A stretch of DNA of 64,000 bases from Escherichia phage HMD-P3. Positions 45,301 to 55,759 of this stretch are shown piece after piece. The number at the start of each line of letters is the position of its first letter. Within the stretch, counting starts at the first letter, position 1. The translations under genes and the position numbers were made by a program. Under the pieces are notes generated by a model, which was given only the letters and a program-made list of their open reading frames with translations, did not search any database and was not told where the DNA came from. The stretch lies in the sequence record PQ462667.1. One strand, given 5' to 3'.

Positions 45301-45833
45301 TAATAAGTAACCAATTCCTGTACAAATCGCAGGCTGTTATCACTGTTTGCGCCAGTTGCGTAAACTAAACGAGTAGATTCATAGTTGTAATCTAGAATCG
45401 TATTATCCAGATGTACATCTGCCTCTAGTTTTTGATTACTAAAGATTGTGGATACGAAAGCACTTTCAATATGACCATGAATATACATTTCGTACAGTAA
45501 TGTTGCGCCACCTAAAACCACTGTCTGTTGATCTTTTAAGAATGTAGGTAATGTATCCCCAATCTTAGAAATTGGAGTGTAAATACCATGTTTAATATCA
45601 TCAGGCAGAGGACGATCCGCACGAATAAAGAGGTCAGATTCTCCAATCATACGTTGCCGAACAACTTCTGGAAGTGCTAAATAAGTACCCGCACCAATGA
45701 TGATGTTATCTGGGTTCAACACGTCCAGTTGAGAGTAGAAAGCATCTAGTTCTTCTTTGAAGGAACCCCATGGAAGTTTACCTCGGAGGCCGAACTCCCC
45801 ATTCGGCCCAACTGCATATAATGCCGTTATCAT
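45300..45833 (-). CDS. frd: dihydrofolate reductase
   Basis: AVGPNGEFGLRGKLPW N-terminal motif; ATGA overlap with thyA. Confidence 0.75.
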   Translation of the reverse strand: MITALYAVGPNGEFGLRGKLPWGSFKEELDAFYSQLDVLNPDNIIIGAGTYLALPEVVRQRMIGESDLFIRADRPLPDDIKHGIYTPISKIGDTLPTFLKDQQTVVLGGATLLYEMYIHGHIESAFVSTIFSNQKLEADVHLDNTILDYNYESTRLVYATGANSDNSLRFVQELVTY

Positions 45834-46975
45834 AAGAAATCTCCAAATTCATTGCCCAGATCTTTCAGAGTATCAGTAGAGGTCTCAGTTACCTGACCTA
45901 CACGGTATGCTGCACCAATCTGGATTTCTTGTGGAGCAGGCTGTAGAGAAGTAGTATCCAACCAGTTCATGATCCACGGAATAGGGTTTTTGGTAATTAC
46001 TGGTAAGTGACTAGGCCATTCTACACCAATGTGCATAAATGCGTTACGTCCCACAAAGTACAAATACTCTTCTAGAAGTTCTGCGTTCAAACCAATCAGG
46101 CTACGACCTTTGAAAATGAAATGACCCCATTCAATTTCAGTTTTCAGAGTTTTCAGGAGCTGTGCTGGTGCTTTAGCCACTGCTTCATCTACCAGATCTT
46201 TGTCAAATTGCTGAAACATAATCTGGATGATTGCTTTGGACATCTGAGTATGCAGAGCTTCATCTTTAGCGATTAATTGCAGATTTTTAGCAATACCTTG
46301 CAGAATATCGTTCTCTGCTAATGCAAAGGTACATGCAAAGGATGCGTAAAACTGCATTGCTTCCAGACCATAGATCGCAAAGTAAGCGTCTAATAGTTTA
46401 GCCTGAGTTTCACGTTTAACTTCAGGGAACTCAGTTTCTGGGTATGTATTGTCGCCACGATGATCGCGTACTGCGATGAAATACTGACCTAACTGGTACA
46501 GTTCATCGAATAGTTCAACAGAATCAGCGATGCGTGCGAATGCTTCTTGGTTTTTGGTTACAGAATCAATAAATTCTGCTGGATCAGTTAACACATTACG
46601 AATAATATTGCTATAAGCACGACTATGCAGATCTTCAAAATAGCTCCACTGCTTGAGCATACCTTCCAATTCTGGACGACTTACAAGCGGCATAATAGCT
46701 GCTTCAGGAGCACGACTGATAAAGGAGTCGGTTTGGGTTTGCCATGCTAAGTTCAGGAGTGTAATTTCCTGAATTTCACGCGGAAGGTTAGGCCATTGTT
46801 TCTTATCTGCTTCCAGACTGATTTCAGTTTCAGTCCAAAATTGAGAGCGTTGCAGTAGTGCCAGACGTTCTAGTTCTGGATGTGCTACACGTACGTAATC
46901 TGCGATACCGAGAGAATCTCCCAGGAAAAGGTCAGCGTTAGTATGATCCCAATTCAGGTTTAGTAAAGTAGTCAT
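45830..46975 (-). CDS. nrdB: ribonucleotide reductase class Ia small subunit
   Basis: Di-iron ligand pattern (...EALH...), 381 aa. Confidence 0.85.
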   Translation of the reverse strand: MTTLLNLNWDHTNADLFLGDSLGIADYVRVAHPELERLALLQRSQFWTETEISLEADKKQWPNLPREIQEITLLNLAWQTQTDSFISRAPEAAIMPLVSRPELEGMLKQWSYFEDLHSRAYSNIIRNVLTDPAEFIDSVTKNQEAFARIADSVELFDELYQLGQYFIAVRDHRGDNTYPETEFPEVKRETQAKLLDAYFAIYGLEAMQFYASFACTFALAENDILQGIAKNLQLIAKDEALHTQMSKAIIQIMFQQFDKDLVDEAVAKAPAQLLKTLKTEIEWGHFIFKGRSLIGLNAELLEEYLYFVGRNAFMHIGVEWPSHLPVITKNPIPWIMNWLDTTSLQPAPQEIQIGAAYRVGQVTETSTDTLKDLGNEFGDFL

Positions 46976-47006
46976 TGATTTTCCTCTTTCTCACTATTTC
47001 AGGAAT

Positions 47007-47035
47007 ATTATAGCAAATCTGGTAGAGATTAGCAA
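47007..47035 (-). promoter_or_regulatory. T5-type promoter (TTGCTA-N17-TATAAT) for nrdB
   Basis: Minus-strand reading: ttgctaatctctaccagatttgctataat. Confidence 0.55.
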
Positions 47036-47045
47036 GTAAAATTTC

Positions 47046-47075
47046 AAAGAAAAAGGAGACCCGAAGATCTCCTTG
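47046..47075. terminator. hairpin with flanking A- and T-runs between nrdA and nrdB
   Basis: aaaaaggagacccgaagatctccttgttttt. Confidence 0.5.
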
Positions 47076-47081
47076 TTTTTA

Positions 47082-49412
47082 TTAAATAGTACAACCACCG
47101 GATGCACAACCGGCTGCTTCTTCTCCAGCACCTCCACCATTTGCGGTATTGAAGTTAGCATAATACCAAGTTTTCCACCCATACTTAACAGCAGTCATGA
47201 AATCACGAACTACTACTGGGCCAGGAATGATTTCATTCTCAAACTTGGTGTAGTCATAGTACATATTCGTACTGATAGACTGACTGAAGAATTTCTGCAT
47301 AGTTGCTACCCATTTGATCCACTCGATACGATCTACATCATAAGCCAGTTTATAGCTCATTAACGTTTCCCAATCGGTTGCGCCTGGAGCAATTGCAATT
47401 ACTTTATTTACTGCACTACCTTTAATAGATACAATCTTACGGGGTGGTTCGATAGAGTTAGTAACACCTAACAGAACAGAAGAACTTTCCCCTGGCATCT
47501 GAGCAGTCAGAACAGAGTTACGCATACCATATTTCAGAATATCTGCACGCAGAGACTCCCAATCCATTTCTAGACCTACGGATACCAGTTCATCAACAGT
47601 TTTCTTGTACGTGTCGATTACCAGAATTCCTTTAGATGGTTTAGTACGATCAAACCACTCACATGCACCCTGTTCTTTAGCTAGGCGTACAGAGGCTTTA
47701 TGCAGGAAGTAAGACAGTTTTTCAGCTTCACGGTGAATCCAGTTACGGGCTTCAATACCTTCATAAGCCAGACCTTCTGCCGCCATTGCACCTGCTGCGT
47801 TCATCAGGCCAATACCAACATTACGACGTTTCTTAGCCGTATATTCCATAGTTGGGAACGGATAATCCTGAATTTCAATAATTGTATCAACGAATTTCAG
47901 GAGGATGTAGCAAGTTTTTTCCCACTCAGCCAAAGATTCCATGCGCCCAAGTACAACACCACCTAAGTTACACAGAGATACTTCACCAATATCCTCCGGC
48001 TTCATTTGATCAAGCTGCTCTTTTGTCTTGTACAGCTCTGTAATGTGATGGAACGGGCGTGTAGGCTGAGTAATTTCAACACAAAGGTTTGTCATACGGA
48101 TCGGATCAAGGAAGTTACCGTGACGATTAGATTCCCCGATGTGATGAGCATACATACGTCCTGTTTCCATTCGGATACGTAGCCAAGTATCTAGGATTTC
48201 TTTTGCAGAGACTTTAGGAGCTGCTGGAACTGTTTTTCCTTCGTGGTCGATCTTTGTAAGAGATGCCACACGTTTCTCCGCTGCCACGTAGATTTCTTCA
48301 AATTTAGCCTCGTCATCACTATAAAACGCTTCATGAACTTCTGGAGCATAGAAGTATGACATTAGCGTAATATCTTCGTTTTTCAGATAACGTTTTAACA
48401 AAAGATTGTTGAAGCTCAGAGAGTAATCCATCTTATCGATTTTATTCTCATCTGTAGCACGTTGTTGCTTAACCTGCATCAATTGAATGATTTCAGGGTC
48501 GAAGTATGGATAAGACACTGTAGCAGAACCACCACGAGTTTGCTGAGTATTGGCCTTTACTGAGCGGTCAATGTGTCGATAATATGGCAGTTTTCCGGAA
48601 TGCGGGAATGCCCCATTTCGCACCGGATCAGCAATTGATCGGCTTTCAAGATGATACCCGATTCCCGCTCTGGCTGCGACCATTTTGAAGACGATGTGCT
48701 CGGCGGTGTCGATTGAATCCAACGTGTCAGTGGAATCCACGAGGCAGCAACTAGCAAATCCACGGTCACTAGAGCGCAGACCAACCAGTGGCGGCGTAGG
48801 AACGTTAATTTTGTGGAGCGACATTGCGTTGTAGAGGTCGATTGCATCTAGAATTGTCCAGTTAGGTTGAGATAGCATCGCCATTGCCATACCCATGTAG
48901 GCAAACTGCGGAGTTTCATAAATTTCACCAGTGGCTATGTTACGGCGGGAATACTTATCAAAGAACTGCTTCAGCCCACCACTAGTAAAAAGACGGTCAC
49001 GATCATGGTCGATAACCTGATTCAGAGCTTCAAATTGCTCATCGGTAATCCATGCACTCATGTCTTCCCATGCACCTACGCTAACCATATGGTCATGGAA
49101 GAAACGCAGAGAAGGCGGTTCGAAGGAATCATAAAGGCGTTTACGCATTTGCGCAAGACGTAATTCCTTTGCTGGCACATCATATGCTGGATTATCTTTG
49201 ATAAGACTTTCAGCAGCTTTAATTAATGCATCCATCAGAGTGTCGGAATCTACAACCCCTTTAGGCAGAGTTTTTTGAGCAGCCATAGTAATGGCTGACC
49301 AACTTACATCAACTGTTTTGCAACCATACTCTGCCCAACCATTGATTTTTTCAGGAGCAAAGTCTTCTACAGTACCGTCACGTTTAATTACTTTTTCAAT
49401 GCGATGGCTCAT
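47082..49412 (-). CDS. nrdA: ribonucleotide reductase class Ia large subunit
   Basis: Start moved to MSHRIEKVIKRDG (ATP-cone, RBS aaaggaaag); active-site region NLCVEI...; 776 aa. Confidence 0.9.
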   Translation of the reverse strand: MSHRIEKVIKRDGTVEDFAPEKINGWAEYGCKTVDVSWSAITMAAQKTLPKGVVDSDTLMDALIKAAESLIKDNPAYDVPAKELRLAQMRKRLYDSFEPPSLRFFHDHMVSVGAWEDMSAWITDEQFEALNQVIDHDRDRLFTSGGLKQFFDKYSRRNIATGEIYETPQFAYMGMAMAMLSQPNWTILDAIDLYNAMSLHKINVPTPPLVGLRSSDRGFASCCLVDSTDTLDSIDTAEHIVFKMVAARAGIGYHLESRSIADPVRNGAFPHSGKLPYYRHIDRSVKANTQQTRGGSATVSYPYFDPEIIQLMQVKQQRATDENKIDKMDYSLSFNNLLLKRYLKNEDITLMSYFYAPEVHEAFYSDDEAKFEEIYVAAEKRVASLTKIDHEGKTVPAAPKVSAKEILDTWLRIRMETGRMYAHHIGESNRHGNFLDPIRMTNLCVEITQPTRPFHHITELYKTKEQLDQMKPEDIGEVSLCNLGGVVLGRMESLAEWEKTCYILLKFVDTIIEIQDYPFPTMEYTAKKRRNVGIGLMNAAGAMAAEGLAYEGIEARNWIHREAEKLSYFLHKASVRLAKEQGACEWFDRTKPSKGILVIDTYKKTVDELVSVGLEMDWESLRADILKYGMRNSVLTAQMPGESSSVLLGVTNSIEPPRKIVSIKGSAVNKVIAIAPGATDWETLMSYKLAYDVDRIEWIKWVATMQKFFSQSISTNMYYDYTKFENEIIPGPVVVRDFMTAVKYGWKTWYYANFNTANGGGAGEEAAGCASGGCTI

Positions 49413-49562
49413 TTGGCTTTCCTTTTTATAGTTATCAGGATTTAAGGAATATTCTACTTTATTATCGGTCATTAGGCAAATAAAATTTTCTGATAGAAAA
49501 GGCCCGAGTATTTTCATACCCAGGCCCTATATATTACCAGTCTAGCTTTTTAGCTTATTCAA

Positions 49563-49847
49563 TTACTTTAGCTCTCTAGCTACTTCTTTTAATAGAATAT
49601 CTATGGAGGTGCTCAGCTCGTTATAATTGAATGGTTTATTTGGATTTGAGGTTACAATTTTCCACGCTAGGGTTGTCTTAGGACTTTCTTCCCCTTCCTT
49701 ACGTGTAATCATATTAGCAGCACTCAGTGAAGTACGATGTATTTTAGTTTTACGGCTCAGATGAACGACGTTTCCCATATTACACCTTCCCCATGTCTTT
49801 AAAAATATCATAGAATGCTTTAGACTCAACAGAACGAACGTTATCAA
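49563..49847 (-). CDS. hypothetical protein
   Basis: 94-aa ORF. Confidence 0.45.
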   Translation of the reverse strand: MITFVLLSLKHSMIFLKTWGRCNMGNVVHLSRKTKIHRTSLSAANMITRKEGEESPKTTLAWKIVTSNPNKPFNYNELSTSIDILLKEVARELK

Positions 49848-50541
49848 TCAATTCGATCATTGAGAATGGGGCATTTTCGTATTTCTCATAGACTTCCATA
49901 AGGAGCGCTAGACCTGAGTCACCTTTAATGTCTTTCTGAGCTATATCTCCGCAGATAATTAAACGGCAGTCTTGCCCTACACGAGTTAGGAGACAAATCA
50001 TTGCCTCAACGGAAATATTCTGAGCTTCATCGACAATTACATAGGAGTTGTTGAAAGTTCTGCCACGAGCATGTTCGATAGCCAAAAATTTAATTTTCTG
50101 ACGTTCGACATATCCTTTATATGCATGATCGCCGATGGCCCATTTCATACCATCAGCTATTGGCTCCAACCAAGGCTCTAGCTTTTCCGCTAGATCACCA
50201 GGAAGCATACCAAGAGACTTACCTAGAGGTTCATTAGGACGTACGAGGATCACTTGCTCAATATCTGAGTGAATGTCTACGAGTTCCTGAGCTGCAAGAA
50301 CGGACGGAATAAAGGTTTTACCAGTACCTGGCTCACCTATACCTACAGTCACTGTGTTGTTCTTGATCATATTGATATATGATTTTTGCTCGCGGTTTTT
50401 ACCTACTAGGGATTTAGCAACTGGGTTAGCGTAATCAGTAGAAAAATCAGCCTGAATTACGTTATTCTCATATTTGTTGCCACGCTTTCTTGAACCATTG
50501 CGGTTCTCTCTTTTTTGACGTGCTTTTCCCATAAATAACAC
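49780..50541 (-). CDS. phoH: PhoH-like ATPase
   Basis: Walker A GEPGTGKTF; PhoH-like size and layout. Confidence 0.8.
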   Translation of the reverse strand: MLFMGKARQKRENRNGSRKRGNKYENNVIQADFSTDYANPVAKSLVGKNREQKSYINMIKNNTVTVGIGEPGTGKTFIPSVLAAQELVDIHSDIEQVILVRPNEPLGKSLGMLPGDLAEKLEPWLEPIADGMKWAIGDHAYKGYVERQKIKFLAIEHARGRTFNNSYVIVDEAQNISVEAMICLLTRVGQDCRLIICGDIAQKDIKGDSGLALLMEVYEKYENAPFSMIELIDNVRSVESKAFYDIFKDMGKV

Positions 50542-50605
50542 TCCTATAGTGTACTTCGCTAACAGAGGATCAACAAAAAGATCTTGTTTATCAACTTACA
50601 AATAT

Positions 50606-50634
50606 ATTATACCAATATATACAGTAAAAAGCAA
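50606..50634 (-). promoter_or_regulatory. T5-type promoter (TTGCTT-N17-TATAAT) for phoH
   Basis: Minus-strand reading: ttgctttttactgtatatattggtataat. Confidence 0.55.
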
Positions 50635-50826
50635 CTACAATTTTAAATAAGCCTATGATATTGCATTTAAATAAAAAATTTGCTTGCTTTTAACGTGAGA
50701 TGTGTGATACTAGATAATCATTTTATATCGCGTGCACGAGTGCGTGATTATACAATTTTTAATAGAGATTGGCAAATAAAATTTTTTGACTCAGATCATG
50801 TTACAGAACTTTATAGTAAAATATTG

Positions 50827-50855
50827 TTGACATCCGCCCTCGAATGAGTTATAAT
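50827..50855 (+). promoter_or_regulatory. consensus sigma70 promoter (TTGACA-N17-TATAAT) for nrdD
   Basis: ttgacatccgccctcgaatgagttataat, 30 nt upstream of the ATG. Confidence 0.7.
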
Positions 50856-50884
50856 AGTAGTCTTAGTTAGAGAAGGAGAGTATA

Positions 50885-52759
50885 ATGAATCGCAATGAAG
50901 AACTAAAGTATAAAGAAATGCAGGCGTTAATTAGAAACTGCAAAGAGATTATCGAAGGGTCAGCAGATGAAGAGCTGCTGTTTAATAATGCTAATAAACC
51001 CTCAGAACGTTTCCCTACACAAAGGGATATGCTTGCAGGTGAATTGAGTAAGTATCTGATTCTAGAAGAAATGCCAATTCAGATTCGAAATGCTCATATG
51101 ATTGGGGATATTCATTTCCATGATGCTGATTATGCTGCATTAGGCATGACTAACTGTTGTCTGGTAGCTCTGGAAGATATGCTGAAGAATGGTATGAAGG
51201 TTGGTAATGCTGAAATTAGCACTCCAAACTCTATCACTACTGCGGCGGCTATTACTGCTCAGATTATCACTCAGGTTAGCTCTCATCAGTATGGTGGTAC
51301 TTCTGTAGATCGCCTTGATGAAGTATTAGCCCCTTATGTTCGTAAATCCTATGACAAAAATCATGCGTTTGCAAAACGTTGGACTAAGGATGAAGCCAAA
51401 GCATCAGTAATGGCTACGGAGATGACTGAAAAGGAAGTCTATGATGCCTGTCAGGGTCTAGAGTATGAAATCAATACGATGTTCAACTCTAACGGTCAGA
51501 GTCCATTTATTACCTTTGGTTTTGGTCTAGGAACTTCTTGGGAAGCACGTCTAGTACAGAAAGCAATACTGAAAGTACGCATGGATGGTTTAGGTATCAA
51601 TAAACGTACAGCTATCTTCCCGAAACTGGTATTTGTACTTCGTGATGGAGTAAATATGAAACCAGGAGATGTTAATTATGACATCAAGAAGTTAGCTATG
51701 AAATGTACTGCTGAACGTATGTATCCAGACTATATCAGCTATGATAAGGTTGTGGAAGTTACTGGGGACTACAAAGTTTCTATGGGTTGTCGTTCATTCC
51801 TAGCTGCTACAGAAGATGGTGAAACTGCCGGTCGTAATAACTTAGGTGTTGTTTCTGTAAACTTGCCTAGAATTGCTATCGAAGCTGAAGGAAATATTGA
51901 CCTATTCTTTGATTTGCTTGAGCTACGTGTAGATACAGCGTTAAAAGCGTTGGAGTGGAGAGTTGATCGCTTAAAATACATTCAAGCTAAAGCTGCACCC
52001 ATCCTGTATATGTCAGGAGCCTTTGGACTGCGCTTGGAGCCTGATGAATATGTATTCGATCATTTCTATAACCGTGCTTCTGTATCTCTAGGGTATATTG
52101 GTTGCCATGAAATGCTACAGTTTATGTTTGGCAAAGATGTAGACACAATGTCCGAGACCTGCATCAAGTTTGTTCAGCGTGTATTGCAGTACATGCGGGA
52201 TAGAGTCGATCAGAAGAAGGAAGAAACTAAATTAGGTTATAGCCTGTATGCTACACCATCAGAATCCCTATGTGACCGTTTTTGTCGTCTAGACCGTGAA
52301 TATTTCCCAGAGCATGAAGATATTCTGTCCAAAGGATACTACACTAACTCGCACCACCTTGATGTAGAACGTAAAGTTGCTCCCAATGTGAAATTTGATT
52401 ATGAATCTAACTTTACTCCGATTGCTTCTGGTGGGTGCATTTCCTATGTAGAACTACCGGATATGAAACGATTCCCAGATGCACTGGAATGGGTTATTAA
52501 TTATGCTGCTAGTAAGGTTCATTACTTCGGTATTAATACCCCAGTGGATTCTTGTGGTAAATGTGGATTCTTAGGTGAAACAATAGCATCCGAAGATGGA
52601 TTTAAGTGCCCTATCTGTGGTAATCATGACCCCGAAACTCTTGAAGTAACTCGTCGAGTTTGTGGGTATCTTGGAAATCCGGGTGCTCGTCCATTTAACC
52701 CCGGCAAACAGCACGAGGTGATGGGCAGAGTGAAGCATCAGGATATTCGAGCTAAGTAA
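50885..52759 (+). CDS. nrdD: anaerobic ribonucleoside-triphosphate reductase (class III)
   Basis: C-terminal glycyl-radical motif RVCGYLG and Zn ribbon CGKCGF...CPICG. Confidence 0.9.
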   Translation: MNRNEELKYKEMQALIRNCKEIIEGSADEELLFNNANKPSERFPTQRDMLAGELSKYLILEEMPIQIRNAHMIGDIHFHDADYAALGMTNCCLVALEDMLKNGMKVGNAEISTPNSITTAAAITAQIITQVSSHQYGGTSVDRLDEVLAPYVRKSYDKNHAFAKRWTKDEAKASVMATEMTEKEVYDACQGLEYEINTMFNSNGQSPFITFGFGLGTSWEARLVQKAILKVRMDGLGINKRTAIFPKLVFVLRDGVNMKPGDVNYDIKKLAMKCTAERMYPDYISYDKVVEVTGDYKVSMGCRSFLAATEDGETAGRNNLGVVSVNLPRIAIEAEGNIDLFFDLLELRVDTALKALEWRVDRLKYIQAKAAPILYMSGAFGLRLEPDEYVFDHFYNRASVSLGYIGCHEMLQFMFGKDVDTMSETCIKFVQRVLQYMRDRVDQKKEETKLGYSLYATPSESLCDRFCRLDREYFPEHEDILSKGYYTNSHHLDVERKVAPNVKFDYESNFTPIASGGCISYVELPDMKRFPDALEWVINYAASKVHYFGINTPVDSCGKCGFLGETIASEDGFKCPICGNHDPETLEVTRRVCGYLGNPGARPFNPGKQHEVMGRVKHQDIRAK

Positions 52760-52801
52760 GCTAATCAGCCGGGTTGCTAGTCGACCTGGCTTTTATTTTA
52801 T

Positions 52802-52830
52802 TTGCTTTCAGCCAAAAATTTATATATAAT
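52802..52830 (+). promoter_or_regulatory. T5-type promoter (TTGCTT-N17-TATAAT) with conserved leader
   Basis: tttgctttcagccaaaaatttatatataat, then agatttataaatttgagaggag-ATG. Confidence 0.6.
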
Positions 52831-52858
52831 AGATTTATAAATTTGAGAGGAGAAAGAT

Positions 52859-53239
52859 ATGGAATTAAAGCCCTATATAGTTGAATCTACATGTGGTAGT
52901 TTCCATCTGGGTGTGGATAATATTGCTGAGGCTGTCTTTGCTGCTACAGGTGATTACTCGCATATAGAGGGTGTTGCATACCCTACCATTATTGGCGATT
53001 GGGTGGGAACAAATCTAGATGTATCGCCTTATAACCCATATTGCTTGTTTGATGAAGACAGAGATGAAGTAAAATGTAATCTTGAATTTGTGTATAATAG
53101 AGTGTTAAAAGTGTACCAACGTAGCCCCAATGGGTACGAAGATATTACTTGGAGTATTAAACAGTATCTTAAAGATATATACTCTAGTTTTTCTGACGAA
53201 GACCTAGAAACAGTTGCAGTGGAGTTTAATAATGACTAA
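52859..53239 (+). CDS. hypothetical acidic protein
   Basis: 126-aa ORF behind the promoter/leader module. Confidence 0.55.
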   Translation: MELKPYIVESTCGSFHLGVDNIAEAVFAATGDYSHIEGVAYPTIIGDWVGTNLDVSPYNPYCLFDEDRDEVKCNLEFVYNRVLKVYQRSPNGYEDITWSIKQYLKDIYSSFSDEDLETVAVEFNND

Positions 53240-53438
53240 GAATGTGAAACACCTTAAATATCGCTTAATTTACAACGGACGTATGGAAACAGAAGATCTG
53301 GCCCAGTTAGCTATTAATTCTAATGAGGTTACAGTACGCGCGCTGGCAATTGAAAAGTTGCGTGCCTCTTATGAAAATCGTGTTATGGAACTAGAGGAGA
53401 AACTTTATGGCATTCTCGAAGCCGATGCTACCAGATAA
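53214..53438 (+). CDS. hypothetical protein
   Basis: 74-aa ORF. Confidence 0.45.
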   Translation: MQWSLIMTKNVKHLKYRLIYNGRMETEDLAQLAINSNEVTVRALAIEKLRASYENRVMELEEKLYGILEADATR

Positions 53439-53628
53439 GGGTTTAAACGCCGCTTTGGAAAACGCATTAATGCAGCGCTGGGAAACTGGCTATAAGGATG
53501 GTGTTGAATCCTGCGCTACTATGCTAGAAGTTATTGCTAATACCTTAATGGAGAAAGGCAATAAAGAATTAGCTGAGCTATTAGACAGTATTGGGCAAAA
53601 CTTCAGAGAACAGGTGAAAAATGCGTAG
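53407..53628 (+). CDS. hypothetical protein
   Basis: 73-aa ORF. Confidence 0.45.
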   Translation: MAFSKPMLPDKGLNAALENALMQRWETGYKDGVESCATMLEVIANTLMEKGNKELAELLDSIGQNFREQVKNA

Positions 53629-54436
53629 ATTAATTATTATTAGTGGTGCAGGTTTGAGTGTTGAAAGTGGTGTACGAGCTTTTCGTACTGATACTGCTAG
53701 CGGTAAAGCATTGTGGGATGATTATGATCTAGAAGAAGTATGTAATATTCATGCCTTTCGCGGTAATTTTTATCATAAAACCCATATGTTTTACAACAAG
53801 CGTCGTGAAGAACTAAAAACTGTTGAACCCAATCTTGCGCATTTGCGTATTGGTGAATGGTATAAACAATATCCAGGTCAAATAGTAAACTTGACTACCA
53901 ATGTTGATGACCTTATTGAGCGTGCTGGCGTTCCACATAGTGACATTCTGCACATTCACGGATATTTAAAAGAGGTTGTTGTAGCTGATAACTACAATAG
54001 TAGCAATAAACGGATTATTGATGTAGGATACAATTCTATTGATCCAGATGATTATAAATGGGTTAAACCTAATGTAATCTTCTTTGGAGAGCATGCTCCA
54101 GCATATGCGGAGATGTACAATGTTTTTGATGGTATTACCAGTCAAGATATGATCATTGTGGTTGGTTGCTCCAACCAAGTAATTAACTTCTACTGGGAAT
54201 TATTTCCTGTTCTTAATTTGACTGCTGCTAAGCTAATGGTTGTTAACTACTATGATAGTGCCCTAGCGGTGGAACCGGGCTATCAAGGTATGACTCGTAG
54301 TGAGATGTATCAACTGGAAGAACGTGGTATCCCTTACTGGAGTAAAGGTGCGGTAGATGCTTTCAGTGATCCTGATTTTATTGCTCGTGTAGAAGCTCAT
54401 TTAGGGGGTAGACCTTATGTATCAGGAACTAAGTAA
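53621..54436 (+). CDS. Sir2-family NAD-dependent deacylase-like protein
   Basis: IISGAGLSVESGVRAFR (sirtuin Rossmann motif), NVDDL, IFFGE. Confidence 0.7.
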   Translation: MRRLIIISGAGLSVESGVRAFRTDTASGKALWDDYDLEEVCNIHAFRGNFYHKTHMFYNKRREELKTVEPNLAHLRIGEWYKQYPGQIVNLTTNVDDLIERAGVPHSDILHIHGYLKEVVVADNYNSSNKRIIDVGYNSIDPDDYKWVKPNVIFFGEHAPAYAEMYNVFDGITSQDMIIVVGCSNQVINFYWELFPVLNLTAAKLMVVNYYDSALAVEPGYQGMTRSEMYQLEERGIPYWSKGAVDAFSDPDFIARVEAHLGGRPYVSGTK

Positions 54437-54929
54437 TACTCCAATTATTTTTCTAGACATTGATGGGGTGCTCAATTCGAGCATCTCCCACCATCATGCA
54501 CCTGATAATGAAAAGATTTTCTTTGGAAGTGACTGGGTTTTCAAACCGCTTCTCAAGGCTTTTCAGGACTTTATTCGTCCTTCTCCAATAATGATTGTTG
54601 GAGTATCATCTTGGTTCTCTGTCAGAAATGAGATGGAGAACGTTCAGATTATGACCGGATTAGGTCTTATCGATCGCTTTCTTGGTACAACGGATTTTAC
54701 TGGTGGTGGATTATCTAGGGGTAATTCTGTTCTTCGTTTCGTCGAAAAGCATAAGCTCAAACATTGGTGTGTACTTGATGATGCGGGTGCTATGATGTAT
54801 CAGTATCCAACGGTTATAGTCAACGGTAGAACTGGGATAAATCTTCAAGATTTAAAAGCTGTTAGCTATATGCTAGAATTTAGCCCAGATCTTGAAATGT
54901 GTAAATCCTTACAACAATTTAAGGTGTAA
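54417..54929 (+). CDS. HAD-superfamily phosphatase-like protein
   Basis: N-terminal IIFLDIDGVLN (HAD motif I). Confidence 0.5.
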   Translation: MYQELSNTPIIFLDIDGVLNSSISHHHAPDNEKIFFGSDWVFKPLLKAFQDFIRPSPIMIVGVSSWFSVRNEMENVQIMTGLGLIDRFLGTTDFTGGGLSRGNSVLRFVEKHKLKHWCVLDDAGAMMYQYPTVIVNGRTGINLQDLKAVSYMLEFSPDLEMCKSLQQFKV

Positions 54930-54931
54930 AT

Positions 54932-55360
54932 ATGTTCAATAATGTATTCTCTAAAGAAGCTAACCCAATTTTGGTTAACTTTTGGCGTACTCTCCCGGCT
55001 AGCCTGTATAATGAGGCTATTAACTCCTTGAAAATATGGTGTGAGAATAACGAAATCTCTTTTGCTTTTAAAGATGATGTTGATGAGGCCCCTTGTATTG
55101 GTTTAAGTGTGCAGGTAGAGGAGGGTCTTGAAGAGATTGTCGGCTGGAAAGAGTTAGATGAAATGGGCTTAGTTTTTGCGTTAAACTATAAGCTGTTTAT
55201 GCCTGCTAAGCATCGCCTCGTTGTTAACTATAAAACTAGTGAATCTCCTGGTTTTCAGGTTAATGAACGTTATGGTTGGTCTTACTCACCGGAAGAAGTA
55301 AATGAGGGGATTCAGAAACTTCGACGTTTCGGGTATATAATCCCAGGTTTAACTGCTTAA
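54932..55360 (+). CDS. hypothetical protein, paralog A
   Basis: Shares PCIG...W.EL...GL..ALN and C-terminal G(Y/I)..PGL(T/S) with 55370..55759. Confidence 0.55.
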   Translation: MFNNVFSKEANPILVNFWRTLPASLYNEAINSLKIWCENNEISFAFKDDVDEAPCIGLSVQVEEGLEEIVGWKELDEMGLVFALNYKLFMPAKHRLVVNYKTSESPGFQVNERYGWSYSPEEVNEGIQKLRRFGYIIPGLTA

Positions 55361-55369
55361 GGAGGCAGA

Positions 55370-55759
55370 ATGGAACAAGTATATTGGCGTCAGATTGACC
55401 CTAGTTTGGTGAAACGTGCGGAGAAGCTGCTACAACGTTGGTTGGGGGTAAGACAAGCCTCCTTTACTTTTCCGGAACAGCAAATAGATGACCCCTGCAT
55501 TGGTGTTTTCCTGTCTGGATATGCCGGGGAATGGGAATTGGATTGGAATGAATTGTCTGCTATGGGCTTGATTGTTGCCCTAAACTTCTCTATATTCCAT
55601 CCACGTGGTTTGGCCATATGTCGTGTGCCGGATGATGGTTGTTCGCCCCATCTTTTACAGGTGGAAGATGATATTTGGGAGTACACTCCAGATATTCTCA
55701 AAGAAGCTAAAGAACAATTAAACCGTGTTGGGATCTATGTTCCGGGGTTAAGTGACTAA
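55370..55759 (+). CDS. hypothetical protein, paralog B
   Basis: Tandem paralog of 54932..55360. Confidence 0.55.
   Translation: MEQVYWRQIDPSLVKRAEKLLQRWLGVRQASFTFPEQQIDDPCIGVFLSGYAGEWELDWNELSAMGLIVALNFSIFHPRGLAICRVPDDGCSPHLLQVEDDIWEYTPDILKEAKEQLNRVGIYVPGLSD

Noticed and set aside
50690-50760. Possible NrdR box upstream of nrdD
   Set aside because: Inspected gtgtgatactagataatcat and tcgcgtgcacgagtgcgtga; neither fits the 16-bp NrdR palindrome convincingly, so no call was made.
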